Of a stretch of 54,339 nucleotides of DNA, positions 19,889 to 30,688 are shown piece by piece. Every line of letters begins with the position of its first letter. Position 1 is the stretch's first letter. The notes under the pieces were generated by a model. That model was not told the origin of the DNA. It saw only the letters and a list, made by a program, of their open reading frames with translations, and made no database searches. The DNA comes from an uncultured Verrucomicrobiales bacterium (GTDB taxonomy: Bacteria; Verrucomicrobiota; Verrucomicrobiia; Verrucomicrobiales; DEV007), in the NCBI GenBank assembly GCA_938091905.1, contig CALKOM010000052.1, positions 1 to 54,339 of the forward strand, written 5' to 3'. The translations under genes and the position numbers were made by a program.

Positions 19889-20650
19889 TTAAACCATCGC
19901 CTGGCTGAGTTCGTAGCCGAGGACACTGAGGGTATAGAGCGCGGCGGTTTCAGAACGCAGCACAATGGGGCCGAGAGTCCAGGGGAGGCATCCCTGGCGC
20001 TGAGCGGTGGCCATTTCAGCAGGTGTGAAATCGCCTTCTGGGCCGACCATGACGAGGGCGCTGGTTGGGCGTTGTTCCCGAATTTCTCGGTACTCTCGAA
20101 GAATGTCAGGAAGAGGGCGCGCGTCTGGATGGAGAGAAGCCAAGAGAAGGAGTTCTTCGTTTGGAATCTGACCAAAGTAGGAGTCTACAGGCTGCGGCTC
20201 CTCAATCTGAGGTAGCCAGTTTTGACCGCTTTGTTTGCAGGCTTCGATAAGGACGCGCTGCCACTTGGCCTGTTTCTTGACTTTGTCAGCGGCGTCCAGT
20301 TTCACCACGGTGCGCTCGGATAATAATGGGACCACACGGGAGACCCCGAGTTCAGTCGCTTTCTGCAAGACGAGGTCCATGTTCTTGCCTTTGAGCACAG
20401 CTTGAGCAAGCGTTAGAGAAGCGGGGAGCTTTTCGGCCTTGGTCACATTCTGGGTTTCCAAGACGACATTCTCTTTGCTGATTGACTTTACAGAGGCCAT
20501 GGCCTCGGAGCCTTGGCCGTTGAAGGCGAGCAACTTGTCTCCTTCTTGATGGCGCATGACTTCGCGACAATGGTAAGCTTCGTCGCCGGTTAGCACGAGC
20601 GAGTAAGGGTTCCACTCTTCGGGTGAGATGTAGAATCGACTAAGAGACAT
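19889..20650 (-). CDS. rsmE: 16S rRNA m3U1498 methyltransferase
   Basis: H...VMR, QKATELGV, EACKQSG, VGPEGDF, LGPIVLRSETA. Confidence 0.95.
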   Translation of the reverse strand: MSLSRFYISPEEWNPYSLVLTGDEAYHCREVMRHQEGDKLLAFNGQGSEAMASVKSISKENVVLETQNVTKAEKLPASLTLAQAVLKGKNMDLVLQKATELGVSRVVPLLSERTVVKLDAADKVKKQAKWQRVLIEACKQSGQNWLPQIEEPQPVDSYFGQIPNEELLLLASLHPDARPLPDILREYREIREQRPTSALVMVGPEGDFTPAEMATAQRQGCLPWTLGPIVLRSETAALYTLSVLGYELSQAMV

Positions 20651-20655
20651 GAGGT

Positions 20656-21828
20656 CTAACTAAAGAACTTCTTGGCCTTCTCGAAGAAGGATTCGTGCAT
20701 CGGTGAATTTTGATCACCGCAAGATTCGGTAAACTCCTTCAATTGATCTCTCTGCTCAGAGTTCAACTTGGTAGGGACCTCCACCTGAACCGAGACATGG
20801 AGGTCGCCTTTGCGGCCCGTGCTAAGATCTTGGATGCCTTTGCCGCGCATTCTAAATGTGGTGCCACTCTGCGTTCCAGCAGGGATCTTCACGGTGGCTT
20901 TGCCTTCTAGTGTGGGCACTTCTAGCTCACCACCGAGGGTAGCTTTTCCAAAGGAGATCGGGACTTCGCAATGAAGGTCTTCATCAGCGCGCTCGAAGAT
21001 CGGATGCTCTTTGATGTGGATGACCACATAGAGATCGCCCGCTGGTCCACCGCGCATGCCAGCATCTCCGTTGCCGGTCGAGCGCAGGCGTGAGCCCTCA
21101 TTGATTCCGGCAGGGATACGCAGTTTGATCCTTGAGGTTTCTTTGGCACGGCCTTCGCCTTGGCACTTCTTACACGGATCAGAAATAGACTGACCTGCGC
21201 CACGACAATCAGGGCAGGTCTGTTGAACCTGAAAGAAGCCTCTCGACGAAATGACTTGGCCAGCACCACCGCACGTGCGGCAACTAACCATCTTACCTCC
21301 GGCACCGACGCCTGAGCCTTTGCAGGTGCCACAGCCAGAGAGTTTTTCTAATTCCAGTGCTTTCTCGGCACCGCTTGCAGCCTCTTCTAAACTGATCTGC
21401 AGATCATAACGAAGATCGGAGCCGCGTTGTCGGCCACTAGCATCACTGCTACGAGCGCCGCCACCGAAGAATTCTTCAAAGATGCCCCCAGCACCCCCAG
21501 CGCCGCCGCCTCCAGCGCCACCGAAGACTTCGCGGAAGATATCGAATGGGTCGTGGAATCCGCCTCCCCCGCCCCGTGCGCCGCCACTCATGCCGCCTGC
21601 TTCAAAAGCAGCGTGACCGTAGCGGTCATAAGCCGGGCGTTTGTTGTCGTCCATGAGGACTTCGTAAGCTTCGCCGATCTGTTTGAAACGATCTTCAGCA
21701 GCAGGATCGTCAGGGTTCTTGTCAGGGTGATACTTTACCGCGAGCTTGCGGTAAGCCTTCTTAATTTGATCGCTCGTTGCTGAGCGCTCTACGCCCAACA
21801 ACTCGTAATAGTCTTCTTTTCCAGACAT
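20656..21828 (-). CDS. dnaJ: Molecular chaperone DnaJ
   Basis: J-domain with HPD, G/F-rich region, four CxxCxGxG repeats, C-terminal domain. Confidence 0.97.
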   Translation of the reverse strand: MSGKEDYYELLGVERSATSDQIKKAYRKLAVKYHPDKNPDDPAAEDRFKQIGEAYEVLMDDNKRPAYDRYGHAAFEAGGMSGGARGGGGGFHDPFDIFREVFGGAGGGGAGGAGGIFEEFFGGGARSSDASGRQRGSDLRYDLQISLEEAASGAEKALELEKLSGCGTCKGSGVGAGGKMVSCRTCGGAGQVISSRGFFQVQQTCPDCRGAGQSISDPCKKCQGEGRAKETSRIKLRIPAGINEGSRLRSTGNGDAGMRGGPAGDLYVVIHIKEHPIFERADEDLHCEVPISFGKATLGGELEVPTLEGKATVKIPAGTQSGTTFRMRGKGIQDLSTGRKGDLHVSVQVEVPTKLNSEQRDQLKEFTESCGDQNSPMHESFFEKAKKFFS

Positions 21829-21870
21829 GGCTTTTGGAAGTGGTCTCGTGGTGTTGATACTCTCTAAGCC

Positions 21871-22476
21871 TTAAGCTTCTGTGCTGGTCTGAGAGCCCTT
21901 GGATACCACCACGTTGGACGCGCGAATGAGCCTCTCTCCCATGCGATAGCCACTCCGGACGGTCTTGATGATCAGGCCTTCAGCGACCTTGTTATCGAAC
22001 TCTTGAGCGACCGCCTCGTGGAGATTAGGATCGAAGTCAACGCCGGGATCTGATGGAATTGCACTGATGTTTTGTGCCTCCAAGAAATCTTGGAATTGCT
22101 TTAGGACCATTTCCATACCCAGGAGGACCCCAGAGGGCTCCGTCGCGGTACGGGCCGCATCGATGCCGAAGTGAAAATTATCTAACACTGGGAGCAACGA
22201 CTCAAAGAGTGATTGATTAGCATAGCGGATGGACTCCGATTTCTCGGCGGCCATGCGTTTACGGTAGTTGTCCAAATCAGCGCGCGATCTCAGTGCGAGG
22301 TCTTTCCATTTGGCGAGGTCGTCCTGCAGAGCGATGATCGGATCAACGGATTCTTGAGGAGCCTCCTTCTCAGCTGTCGCAGTGTCGGCAGTTTTCTGGT
22401 CTTCCCCATCTTGGAGGGGCACGGAGTTCTCAGCTTCGGGAGCCAAGTCGTCGGTGGATGAGTTCGATTCTTGCAT
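21871..22476 (-). CDS. grpE: Nucleotide exchange factor GrpE
   Basis: ADLDNYRKR, LLPVLDN, FDPNLHEAV, GY...RLIRASNVVV; directly upstream of dnaJ. Confidence 0.95.
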   Translation of the reverse strand: MQESNSSTDDLAPEAENSVPLQDGEDQKTADTATAEKEAPQESVDPIIALQDDLAKWKDLALRSRADLDNYRKRMAAEKSESIRYANQSLFESLLPVLDNFHFGIDAARTATEPSGVLLGMEMVLKQFQDFLEAQNISAIPSDPGVDFDPNLHEAVAQEFDNKVAEGLIIKTVRSGYRMGERLIRASNVVVSKGSQTSTEA

Positions 22477-22502
22477 GGTATTCTAAAGGTGTTACGCCTG
22501 GG

Positions 22503-23927
22503 CTACGTTTTTTCCAGCACGACCATTGTCATATCGTCGGTTTGCGGCGAATCCACTGCAAATGCGGCTACTTTCGCATAAACGGCGTCCATGATCTCAT
22601 CTGCGCTACTCGTGGCAAGGTCAGCGAAAGTCGTCTTGAGTTGGTGGATCCCGAATTCATCCCCCATGCTGTTCTCTGCCTCCGTGATTCCATCGGTGTA
22701 GAGGAGGAGGATGTCGCCGCGTTCTAAGTGAATAGAGTGATCCTGAGTGTCGCGCTCAAAGATGGGCCCGACGTCCACTCCCACGGCAAGGCCAGAGGGC
22801 GCGATTTCCTCGACGTTATTGGAGGCGGCTCTGTAGACCAGAGCAGGGTCGTGGCCGGCTCGGGCCATGACAATCTCTCCGCTGCCCGCCTTGGCGATGA
22901 GATAGATCATGCTTACGAACATGTCCGTTCGCATGTCGGGATGAAGAATACGGTTGACCATGGCCAGGGCTTCGGCGGGCGATTGCCAGGCTTCAGTATT
23001 GGCGCGGAGGACGCTGCGTCCCATGACCATGGTGAGTGAGGCGGGCAAGCCTTTCCCTGAAACATCGGCAATAGCGACCCCGAGGGCGTGTTTGCCGAGC
23101 GGGATGAAGTCGTAATAGTCTCCACTAAGAGAACCTGCCGCTCGATTGCGGCCGCTGATTCGGTATCCGGAAAGTGGAGGAGCTTTGTCAGGCAGCAAGA
23201 TGCGCTGCACGTCGCGGGCGTTGAGAATTTCTTCTTCTAGGCGCTGTTGAGCGATCGATTGGCGGCTGAGCTGGTCTGTGCCAAGTGCTAGAGAGCATTG
23301 GTCAGCGAGCAAGCCGAAGACCGCAAAGTCGTTTGAGTCAAAAGAGGCTGCACCGTTTTCTCTTAAGACGACCATGACTCCTAGGTCACTTTCGCCGAAG
23401 TACATGGGTGCTAACATGGCGTCACAGCAAATCTTCTTGCGATCGCTAGGCGATGCGTCGCCGAAAGCTGGGTGGTTTGAGAGATCCTCTACATGAAGGC
23501 TTTCTCTCTTTGAGAGGCAGCCTACGAGGATTGAATCGGCGTCATCGGTCGAGACGGTTTCCAAGAGAAGATCGCTTCGCAGCCTCGCTGGATCTGTCGG
23601 ATCATAGTTTGGGAGGAGCTGCGGGAGAAGGGGCGGACACTGACGCGACATGGCTTTCGGGACAAGGCGAACCTGTTTCATATCAAGGAGATAGAGCGCG
23701 CCTTGAGCTCCCTCAACGACCTCCATAGCTCCCTTGAGAATGAACTGGTGAAGTTCCTCTCGAGTGCGGCTGGTTTGCAAGGCTTCGCCCAAGCCGTGGA
23801 GGAAGGAGAACATACGGTGTTCCTTGACGACAATTTTCTGTCGCTTCTCTTGGAGTTGACGCTGATTTCTGACGAGAAATACTAGCAGTGTTGCAATGCC
23901 GAGCAGAAAGGGAGCAATGTAGTCCAT
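22503..23927 (-). CDS. GAF-domain SpoIIE/RsbU-type PP2C serine phosphatase with N-terminal TM anchor
   Basis: ARDVQ..LLP, SGDYYD, IADVSGKG, RAGH, LLYTDGITEA, DDMT. Confidence 0.9.
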   Translation of the reverse strand: MDYIAPFLLGIATLLVFLVRNQRQLQEKRQKIVVKEHRMFSFLHGLGEALQTSRTREELHQFILKGAMEVVEGAQGALYLLDMKQVRLVPKAMSRQCPPLLPQLLPNYDPTDPARLRSDLLLETVSTDDADSILVGCLSKRESLHVEDLSNHPAFGDASPSDRKKICCDAMLAPMYFGESDLGVMVVLRENGAASFDSNDFAVFGLLADQCSLALGTDQLSRQSIAQQRLEEEILNARDVQRILLPDKAPPLSGYRISGRNRAAGSLSGDYYDFIPLGKHALGVAIADVSGKGLPASLTMVMGRSVLRANTEAWQSPAEALAMVNRILHPDMRTDMFVSMIYLIAKAGSGEIVMARAGHDPALVYRAASNNVEEIAPSGLAVGVDVGPIFERDTQDHSIHLERGDILLLYTDGITEAENSMGDEFGIHQLKTTFADLATSSADEIMDAVYAKVAAFAVDSPQTDDMTMVVLEKT

Positions 23928-23973
23928 GAGTCGGGGCGACTACGTCAGCGGCGGAAAGCGAAACCTGGGTCTT

Positions 23974-24504
23974 CTAGCACGCGGCGCTACCGTTGACCTT
24001 CAAATCTTTTTTGAGGAAATGAATCACGTCTTCAAATCTTGCCGCATTCTCTGGCTGAGCATCGGCAAGTGCTTCGTGAGCCTCAAGCATGATGTTAGCA
24101 GTCGCTTGCTTGTCTAGCTTGACGCTATCGCAGGCGGAGAGTTCTTGCCCAAGTTGCTGCCGTTCTGTGATCCAGCGCTCCGCTTTCTCGTCGACGGAGA
24201 GGATACTGGTAAGACCAAGATTCTTGAGCAGTTGGACATTCCGGCCGTTTGCATTGACGACATCGAGGAGGCCACTTGTTGTTCTGGCGACCTCTTTTGA
24301 AATGCCTAGCAGGGTGCCCATGAAGGTGGAGTCCATACCCGTGCAGCGATCCAAATCGATGACGAATTGGGCAGATCCAGTTTCGATTTTTCGTATCACG
24401 AAGTCTCGAAGCTGGCCGCTGATTTCAAACGATCCCTTCCCGTCGATACGGATCCATACGACATGAGGAAGGCTCGCGAAGAGCATGGGTGTACTTGTTT
24501 TCAC
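23974..24504 (-). CDS. STAS-domain anti-sigma-factor antagonist
   Basis: IDLDRCTGMDSTFMGTL (phospho-Ser motif), LLKNLGL; adjacent to the PP2C gene. Confidence 0.85.
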   Translation of the reverse strand: MKTSTPMLFASLPHVVWIRIDGKGSFEISGQLRDFVIRKIETGSAQFVIDLDRCTGMDSTFMGTLLGISKEVARTTSGLLDVVNANGRNVQLLKNLGLTSILSVDEKAERWITERQQLGQELSACDSVKLDKQATANIMLEAHEALADAQPENAARFEDVIHFLKKDLKVNGSAAC

Positions 24505-24591
24505 CTTGGGAGGGAGCGAGCGCTGTAGTAGACTAACCAGAACCTCGCCAAGGTCAACTATAAGTGACTCATTCGTGGCAAGAAGATGACG

Positions 24592-25098
24592 TCATTTCCA
24601 TAAGAATGAGCGGGTCTGATCCAATAGCTTACCATCCTGCAAGAGGGTGGCTTGCCAAGAGACTACTCGACCGTCGCGATGATAGGATTCACCGGTGATT
24701 CGGAGTGCCGTCTTGTTCTGACTGCGCACTTCACTGACCACCTGATCGAACGTAGAAATCCGTTCGCCAGTAAGGGCTTGCCGGTATTCGAATCGCACCG
24801 TGACCGGGGTGCGGGTTGCCGGCGCATTCCAGAATAAGGTGTAGTAGTAGCCCAGCCGCTCGCGGCGCTGATCTTTGGTCACGGCACCATGGAAATGGTG
24901 CTCACGCTCGAAGCGAATCATGGGATCAACCGAGTAGGATTCCGCACGCTCGTCTTCATCTTTTAACTGGTAATACTTCACCTTGGTGAAGCCCACGGGC
25001 TTTGGAGAGGAAGCGCACCCTATGAGAATGACTAGCAGAGCGGCAAGAGGGGCAGGAGCCCATGCCTTGAGAGGTGTCCTTCCGGAGTGCTTTCGCAT
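24592..25098 (-). CDS. Hypothetical lipoprotein
   Basis: Basic N-terminus, hydrophobic stretch and lipobox-like LIGC; ends SFLWK. Confidence 0.7.
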   Translation of the reverse strand: MRKHSGRTPLKAWAPAPLAALLVILIGCASSPKPVGFTKVKYYQLKDEDERAESYSVDPMIRFEREHHFHGAVTKDQRRERLGYYYTLFWNAPATRTPVTVRFEYRQALTGERISTFDQVVSEVRSQNKTALRITGESYHRDGRVVSWQATLLQDGKLLDQTRSFLWK

Positions 25099-25200
25099 GC
25101 CCTATAATAAGCCTGATTATAGCCCCTGGTGTCAAACGCAGCTTTCGGTTGCGTGCTGTGGAGAGGTTCGTAGGGTGTAAATGGAGGGTTCGTTAGTCCT

Positions 25201-25614
25201 GTGACCATCATTCTTGCCAGTCTCAATCCGGTTCGGCTCGTAGACGAAGTCACGGATCGCTTGGGCGCCTTGTTGATCGATGGCGCAAAGTCGCTAAGCT
25301 ACCTGGTCAAGCATCTGACGACTTTGCCGGCCGGTTTTCAAGTCGTCATCGCCCTGGTCGGAGTGGGTCTGGTTGCGCTGTTGGTGGCCTTGACTCTCCG
25401 CGCATTTGGTGACGCGCGGGGCATTTGGAGTCGCTTTCGAAGAGCATCGGCTGATTCGTCCAAAGCGAAAGCTGACTTGGCCACCGGCGATCGCCGCAAG
25501 GCCTTGGGTTATTTGCTGCTGGTTGGTGCCTTGGTCTGTCTCGCTGCCCTCGTTGCCTTTGTTTACCACAGCTGGGAGGGACCGTCACCGCCGAGTGGTT
25601 TTCGCGGGCGTTAG
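25201..25614 (+). CDS. Small hypothetical membrane protein with two TM helices
   Basis: Two hydrophobic helices separated by a basic loop; fills the gap between neighbours. Confidence 0.5.
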   Translation: MTIILASLNPVRLVDEVTDRLGALLIDGAKSLSYLVKHLTTLPAGFQVVIALVGVGLVALLVALTLRAFGDARGIWSRFRRASADSSKAKADLATGDRRKALGYLLLVGALVCLAALVAFVYHSWEGPSPPSGFRGR

Positions 25615-26168
25615 GCGATCTCGAGACGATAACGGGGGAGGCTGGGATCGGCCTCTTTCGCGTAGCCGTCGATGCCGCCTCGAAGTGTTCTGACATTGGT
25701 AAACCCGTGACCTTCCAAGTAGGCGGCGGCATCCATGGCTCCGTTTTCCCCTAAATGATCATAAACGATGATGGAGCGATCCTTCGGCCAGCTGGCCATG
25801 ATGTCTTGCAGCTTGTCGTGAGAGAAGAGGTCGGCAGTGGTGATACACGCGTTCTCGTGCTCCTCTCGCGTCCTAAGATCAAGCAATGCTGGTGGGTCTG
25901 GGTCTTCGAGGCGCGCTTTGAGATCGGTTGGCAGAATTTGTCGGGCCACTTCGCGATCGTGACTTTCGATGATGTGATCAATGGCTTCGCTCACGGGAAT
26001 GTTCTCATTTCTTTGACAGACGCCCCCGAGAGTCTCGTCCGGTCTGAATCCGCATGAGGCGCAGCCGCCAATGTGATACTTGGCGAACAGAGCGCGTTGA
26101 GCACCTGGAAAGTGGACAAGGAGGTCGGCCATCGAGGTGTCGGCGGTGATAGTAGGAGACGGACTCAT
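25611..26168 (-). CDS. DUF1858-like CxxC domain fused to a rhodanese-like domain
   Basis: HFPGAQRALF..YHIGGCASC..ETL; LLDLRTREEH, VYDHLG, GFTNVRTLRGGIDGY. Confidence 0.8.
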   Translation of the reverse strand: MSPSPTITADTSMADLLVHFPGAQRALFAKYHIGGCASCGFRPDETLGGVCQRNENIPVSEAIDHIIESHDREVARQILPTDLKARLEDPDPPALLDLRTREEHENACITTADLFSHDKLQDIMASWPKDRSIIVYDHLGENGAMDAAAYLEGHGFTNVRTLRGGIDGYAKEADPSLPRYRLEIA

Positions 26169-26244
26169 GGCGAAAACTCCAGCGGTTCTGGCCCTGTCGC
26201 AAGCAGTTGCTTCTCTCTAAGGCTTGCCTTAAACTGGGACTTCC

Positions 26245-27114
26245 ATGGCCTCGGATTCTGAAACTGATGTGAAGATCCATTTCCTGCCGAATCTGATGAC
26301 GGCGGGAAATCTGTTCTGTGGCTTCATCGCCGTATTATTGATCTCTAAAGGAAGCGCGCTGGGTGGAATGGAGATGCTCAAAGAGACTTCTCATCTGTAT
26401 ACCAACGCCATCTTGCTTATCTTCGGTGCCTGTGTGTTTGATCTTCTTGATGGGAGAGTCGCTCGAATCAGTGGCCAGGAATCAGACTTTGGGCGGGAAT
26501 TCGACTCTCTGGCAGATGTTGTCTCGTTCGGCATGGCACCGGCGCTGCTCCTCATGGATATCGTGCTCTTCGAGCTGACTGACACGCTGGGGCAGATCTT
26601 AGCGTTCGTTTACCTACTCTGCGGCACGATGCGGTTAGCGAGATTCAATTGCGTCGCGGCCATGCGCAATCAGGGAACCTCGAAGGACTTCAATGGGGTG
26701 CCTATTCCTGCCGCGGCTGGTTTCATATCCTCTGTGACCTTGGCCATGCTTTACCTGGGTCAAGATCACCCGGAGATTCTTAGTAAGATTAAGTTTCTCC
26801 TAGTTGTTTTGATGTTGTTAGTGAGTTTCCTCATGTTCAGCAACATCAAGTACCCGAGCTTCAAAGATTTGAAGATTGGCAAGCAGCGACCAGTCCCAGC
26901 AGTGCTGGTCGCTATTCTACTTGTGGTATTTACCGTTCGTTATTATGAGTGGATGCCTGCTGTGGTTTTCACGCTCTATTTGGTCTATGGACTGGTTCGG
27001 CCGTCGATCTCTCGACGCTGGCGTCGTGAGATTGAAGTACTCGATGATGACGACGAGGAGGCTAACGTGTCTACCGTGGATGCTAAAGAATCGGAATCTT
27101 CGGCTGGTGCTTAG
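26245..27114 (+). CDS. pssA: CDP-diacylglycerol--serine O-phosphatidyltransferase
   Basis: LPNLMTAGNLFCGF; CDP-alcohol motif DLLDGRVAR...G.EFDSLADVVSFG; RLARFN, GVPIPAAA. Confidence 0.9.
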   Translation: MASDSETDVKIHFLPNLMTAGNLFCGFIAVLLISKGSALGGMEMLKETSHLYTNAILLIFGACVFDLLDGRVARISGQESDFGREFDSLADVVSFGMAPALLLMDIVLFELTDTLGQILAFVYLLCGTMRLARFNCVAAMRNQGTSKDFNGVPIPAAAGFISSVTLAMLYLGQDHPEILSKIKFLLVVLMLLVSFLMFSNIKYPSFKDLKIGKQRPVPAVLVAILLVVFTVRYYEWMPAVVFTLYLVYGLVRPSISRRWRREIEVLDDDDEEANVSTVDAKESESSAGA

Positions 27115-27168
27115 GCGAACTCTCCCTTGCTCTGTTTAAACTCTCCCTGCTAGGTTGGCGTCGCCTCG

Positions 27169-29559
27169 ATGATGCTGTTACGCCGCCTCGCTTTTGCTGT
27201 CTATCTATCTGCCTTTGCTTGTCTCGCTCAAGAGGCAGAACTGGCAGACGAGCCGTTGGTGGAATCGTCGAGGGCGAACATGTGGGATTTCCTGACACAA
27301 GCCGAGGAATATGGCCTCGACCTGGTGACGACTCCAGATACTCACTGGAACGTCGAAGAAGGTGAATTGGACACCCTGATCACCCTCGACGGTGGCGCCA
27401 ACATCAAGCACCAGGGCGTCGATCTCTACGCCGACAGTTACAAGATTTCCGTGGCTACCCAGGATGTGCATCTATCAGGCAATGTCAGGATATATCGTGA
27501 TGAACTCGTCTTCAAGGGTCACTCCGCTATTTACAACTACGGTGACGGACGGGTGACGGCGAACAATTTGCGCAGTGGGCAAGATCCAGTCCTCTTCAGT
27601 GCAGGTTCTTTCCGCAGCAAGTTTGATCTGGAAGCGAAGACGGCCAATTTCTTTGAGGCGGACACTACCCTGGTGACCACGCACGACTTGGAGAAGCCGA
27701 ACTACCGGATTGAGGCGGGTCGGGTGAAGATTCTCCCACCGCCAGATAATCGCATCGAGATGCATGATGTGAAGATCTTCATCGGTGATCGCCAGGTCTT
27801 CTGGTTTCCCTACCTCGCCAAGTCCGTAGATGAAGAACTTGGCTGGTATTTCCGACCAGGTTTCGATAGCAATTGGGGCGCCTACCTGCTCAGCGAATAT
27901 GGCTTTCGCTGGGAAGATCACACCTTGGTAAAAGTGCAGGCGGACGTCCGGTCGCGTCGTGGCTTGGCTGGTGGTGTGGAGTTGCACTCACAGAAATTTA
28001 AAGACAACGACAACATCGGGCGTTTCAAAGCTTATTACGCCAACGACCTCAATCCGGACATCTCACGCACCACGATGAGTCGGCGTGACGTGAATGAAGA
28101 TCGCTACCGGTTCAGCCTGCAGCATCGAGTGTATGTGCCAGGACCGGAGGATAGCGATCTCTACGTCGACATCGATGTGAATCTGCTTTCAGATGAGTTT
28201 GTCTACGAAGATTTCTTTCCCTCCGAGTTCAAGACCGACCCCAATCCGGAGAATATGATCAACATCGTGAAGACGGATCCCCGTGGCACCCTTAGCACGA
28301 TGGCAAGGTTCAACGGCAACGATTTCTTTCGTTCAGACGAACGCCTCCCGGAAGTCGCCTTGGATATCACGCGGCAGTCTGTCTTTGGCTCCGATTTGTT
28401 CTACGAAGGATCGACCTCGATTGGGGCTTACCGCGAGCCACTCTCGTCGCGCGAACGTGAGTTTCTCCGGGGAGATGGCGGGAGTCTAGAGGAGTTCTTC
28501 GGCGTGCCTGAGTCTGCCATCGATCCTTCAGAGCTGAACAGTCTCCTCAACGACCTCGAAGCCCAGGTAGATGGCTATAGCTTCAAGCGCTTTGATACCT
28601 TTCACCAGCTCTCACTGCCTGTGGTGAACGAGCGAGGATTCTCGCTCGTTCCTCGCGTGGGCGCGCGCTACACGAACTATTTCGACATCGACTCAGGTGA
28701 TCCTGACATTGACTCGTCGGAGAGCCGTGCGTTGTTGCATGCTGGTATCGAGGGTGCTTTTAAGTTCTCGCGAGAGTATCCTGATGTTCGCTCCGACCGC
28801 TGGGGGCTTAATGAGCTGCGTCATATTGTTCAGCCATATTTTAACTACTCCTTTCTCGCGGGCAATGATCTCAGTGGCGATGTGCCACGCATTGATCGAC
28901 TTACCCCCAGCACCCAGTTGCGACCAATTGACATCTCGAAATACACCGCTACGGACGACCTCAGTCCGTGGAATGTTCTCCGTCTCGGTGTGCGTAATGT
29001 GCTCCAGACAAAACGCGATGGCCAGACCCACAACTGGCTACAATTGAATACTTATTTGGATACCTTCTTGGAGGATCCCGAAGCAAGTCGGACGTATTCC
29101 AACCTCTTTAATGAGCTTGTCTGGCATCCATTGCCGTGGCTGAAGCTAGAGATGGATTCACAGCTCCCAATCTTTGCTGATGAACAAGACTTCGTCGAAG
29201 TGAACTCTCGACTGCGTTACATGCCAACGAAGAATATGGAGTTCATTCTCAGCCATCGTTTTCTGAGCGATCATCCTTTCTTCGGTGACAGCAACCTTCT
29301 CAACTTCCGCTTCTACACCAAGATCAATGAGAACTGGGGCTTTGGCACCTATCATCGTTACGAACTCGATGATAACACGCTTGAACTACAACAATACAGC
29401 ATTCATCGAGATCTCGGAAGTTGGACTGCTGCCTTTGGTGGTCTTGCTCGCGACAACCGTGGAGAACGTGAGTATGGAGTCGTGTTTGCCCTCTCGCTGA
29501 ATGATCTGCCGCGCGTCCGCTTGCCGCTAAGCATCGATCCAAACCCGTCTGGGCGCTAA
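27169..29559 (+). CDS. lptD: LPS-assembly outer-membrane protein LptD
   Basis: Signal peptide, OstA-like N-terminal part, TTHD...PNYRI.A, VFWFPY, ERLPE, RHIVQPY, amphipathic barrel strands; about 800 aa. Confidence 0.8.
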   Translation: MMLLRRLAFAVYLSAFACLAQEAELADEPLVESSRANMWDFLTQAEEYGLDLVTTPDTHWNVEEGELDTLITLDGGANIKHQGVDLYADSYKISVATQDVHLSGNVRIYRDELVFKGHSAIYNYGDGRVTANNLRSGQDPVLFSAGSFRSKFDLEAKTANFFEADTTLVTTHDLEKPNYRIEAGRVKILPPPDNRIEMHDVKIFIGDRQVFWFPYLAKSVDEELGWYFRPGFDSNWGAYLLSEYGFRWEDHTLVKVQADVRSRRGLAGGVELHSQKFKDNDNIGRFKAYYANDLNPDISRTTMSRRDVNEDRYRFSLQHRVYVPGPEDSDLYVDIDVNLLSDEFVYEDFFPSEFKTDPNPENMINIVKTDPRGTLSTMARFNGNDFFRSDERLPEVALDITRQSVFGSDLFYEGSTSIGAYREPLSSREREFLRGDGGSLEEFFGVPESAIDPSELNSLLNDLEAQVDGYSFKRFDTFHQLSLPVVNERGFSLVPRVGARYTNYFDIDSGDPDIDSSESRALLHAGIEGAFKFSREYPDVRSDRWGLNELRHIVQPYFNYSFLAGNDLSGDVPRIDRLTPSTQLRPIDISKYTATDDLSPWNVLRLGVRNVLQTKRDGQTHNWLQLNTYLDTFLEDPEASRTYSNLFNELVWHPLPWLKLEMDSQLPIFADEQDFVEVNSRLRYMPTKNMEFILSHRFLSDHPFFGDSNLLNFRFYTKINENWGFGTYHRYELDDNTLELQQYSIHRDLGSWTAAFGGLARDNRGEREYGVVFALSLNDLPRVRLPLSIDPNPSGR

Positions 29560-29618
29560 GCTAGAGATGACTTCTTGGTCATTGACGTTCCAAATAATTC
29601 TCCGATCTTCTGTGACTC

Positions 29619-30566
29619 ATGAGAATATTAATTACGGGTGGCGCAGGATTTCTTGGGAGCCATTTATGTGATCGGCTACTGAATGAGGGGCATGAGGTTC
29701 TTTGCCTGGACAACTATTTCACCGGGCGTAAGCCCAACCTCGCACACCTCGTGGGGAACCCGAACTTCGAGGTGTTGCGTCATGATGTCATCGACCCTTT
29801 TAAGGCAGAGGTAGATCAAATCTACAATTTGGCCTGCCCGGCCTCGCCTGTGCACTATCAGCACAACGCGATCAAGACCATCAAGACCTCGATCATGGGG
29901 GCCATGAATTGTTTAGGCCTAGCCAAGCGAACAAACGCCCGCGTCTTCCAGGCATCCACCTCTGAAGTTTACGGTGATCCTAGCGTTCACCCGCAACTTG
30001 AGAGTTACTGGGGCCATGTGAATCCCATTGGCATTCGTTCCTGTTACGACGAAGGCAAGCGCTGTGCGGAGACACTCTTCATGGACTACCATCGTCAGCA
30101 TAAGGTCGATATCCGTATCGCGCGTATCTTCAACACCTATGGGCCTCGTATGTGTGAGGATGACGGGCGAGTCGTGTCTAACTTCATCGTCCAAGCCCTC
30201 CGCGGTGAAGACCTCACGGTTTACGGCGAAGGCCAGCAGACACGGTCGTTCTGTTACTGTGAAGATCTCATCGACGGCTTTGTCTGTCTCATGGGTCACG
30301 ATAGCCTGACGACTCCCGTTAACATTGGCAACCCTGTCGAATTCACCATTCTCGAACTCGCAGAGAAGGTCATCGCAGAGACCGGAAGCAAGTCCAAGAT
30401 CATCCACAAGGAATTGCCCCAAGACGACCCGCAACAGCGCAAGCCTGACATTACCATGGCTAAATGCGAGCTAGGCTGGGAACCAAAGGTCTCGCTGGAA
30501 GAGGGCCTCAAGCCCACCATCGCATATTTCCAGCAAGTGATCTCAGAATCCTGTGCAGCCTCGTGA
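29619..30566 (+). CDS. UDP-glucuronate decarboxylase (UDP-xylose synthase family extended SDR)
   Basis: [60 protein letters not shown]. Confidence 0.93.
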   Translation: MRILITGGAGFLGSHLCDRLLNEGHEVLCLDNYFTGRKPNLAHLVGNPNFEVLRHDVIDPFKAEVDQIYNLACPASPVHYQHNAIKTIKTSIMGAMNCLGLAKRTNARVFQASTSEVYGDPSVHPQLESYWGHVNPIGIRSCYDEGKRCAETLFMDYHRQHKVDIRIARIFNTYGPRMCEDDGRVVSNFIVQALRGEDLTVYGEGQQTRSFCYCEDLIDGFVCLMGHDSLTTPVNIGNPVEFTILELAEKVIAETGSKSKIIHKELPQDDPQQRKPDITMAKCELGWEPKVSLEEGLKPTIAYFQQVISESCAAS

Positions 30567-30688
30567 AACTGGCTTGGCCAGCTGTTCCATTGATTTTACA
30601 GGGTGTTGTTTTGGTCAGAGCGGCCAAGAGTTGAATTATTAACCTTTAGGGTTTGACCTTTCCTGGCCGTGTCTGCATGTTGCTAGTC

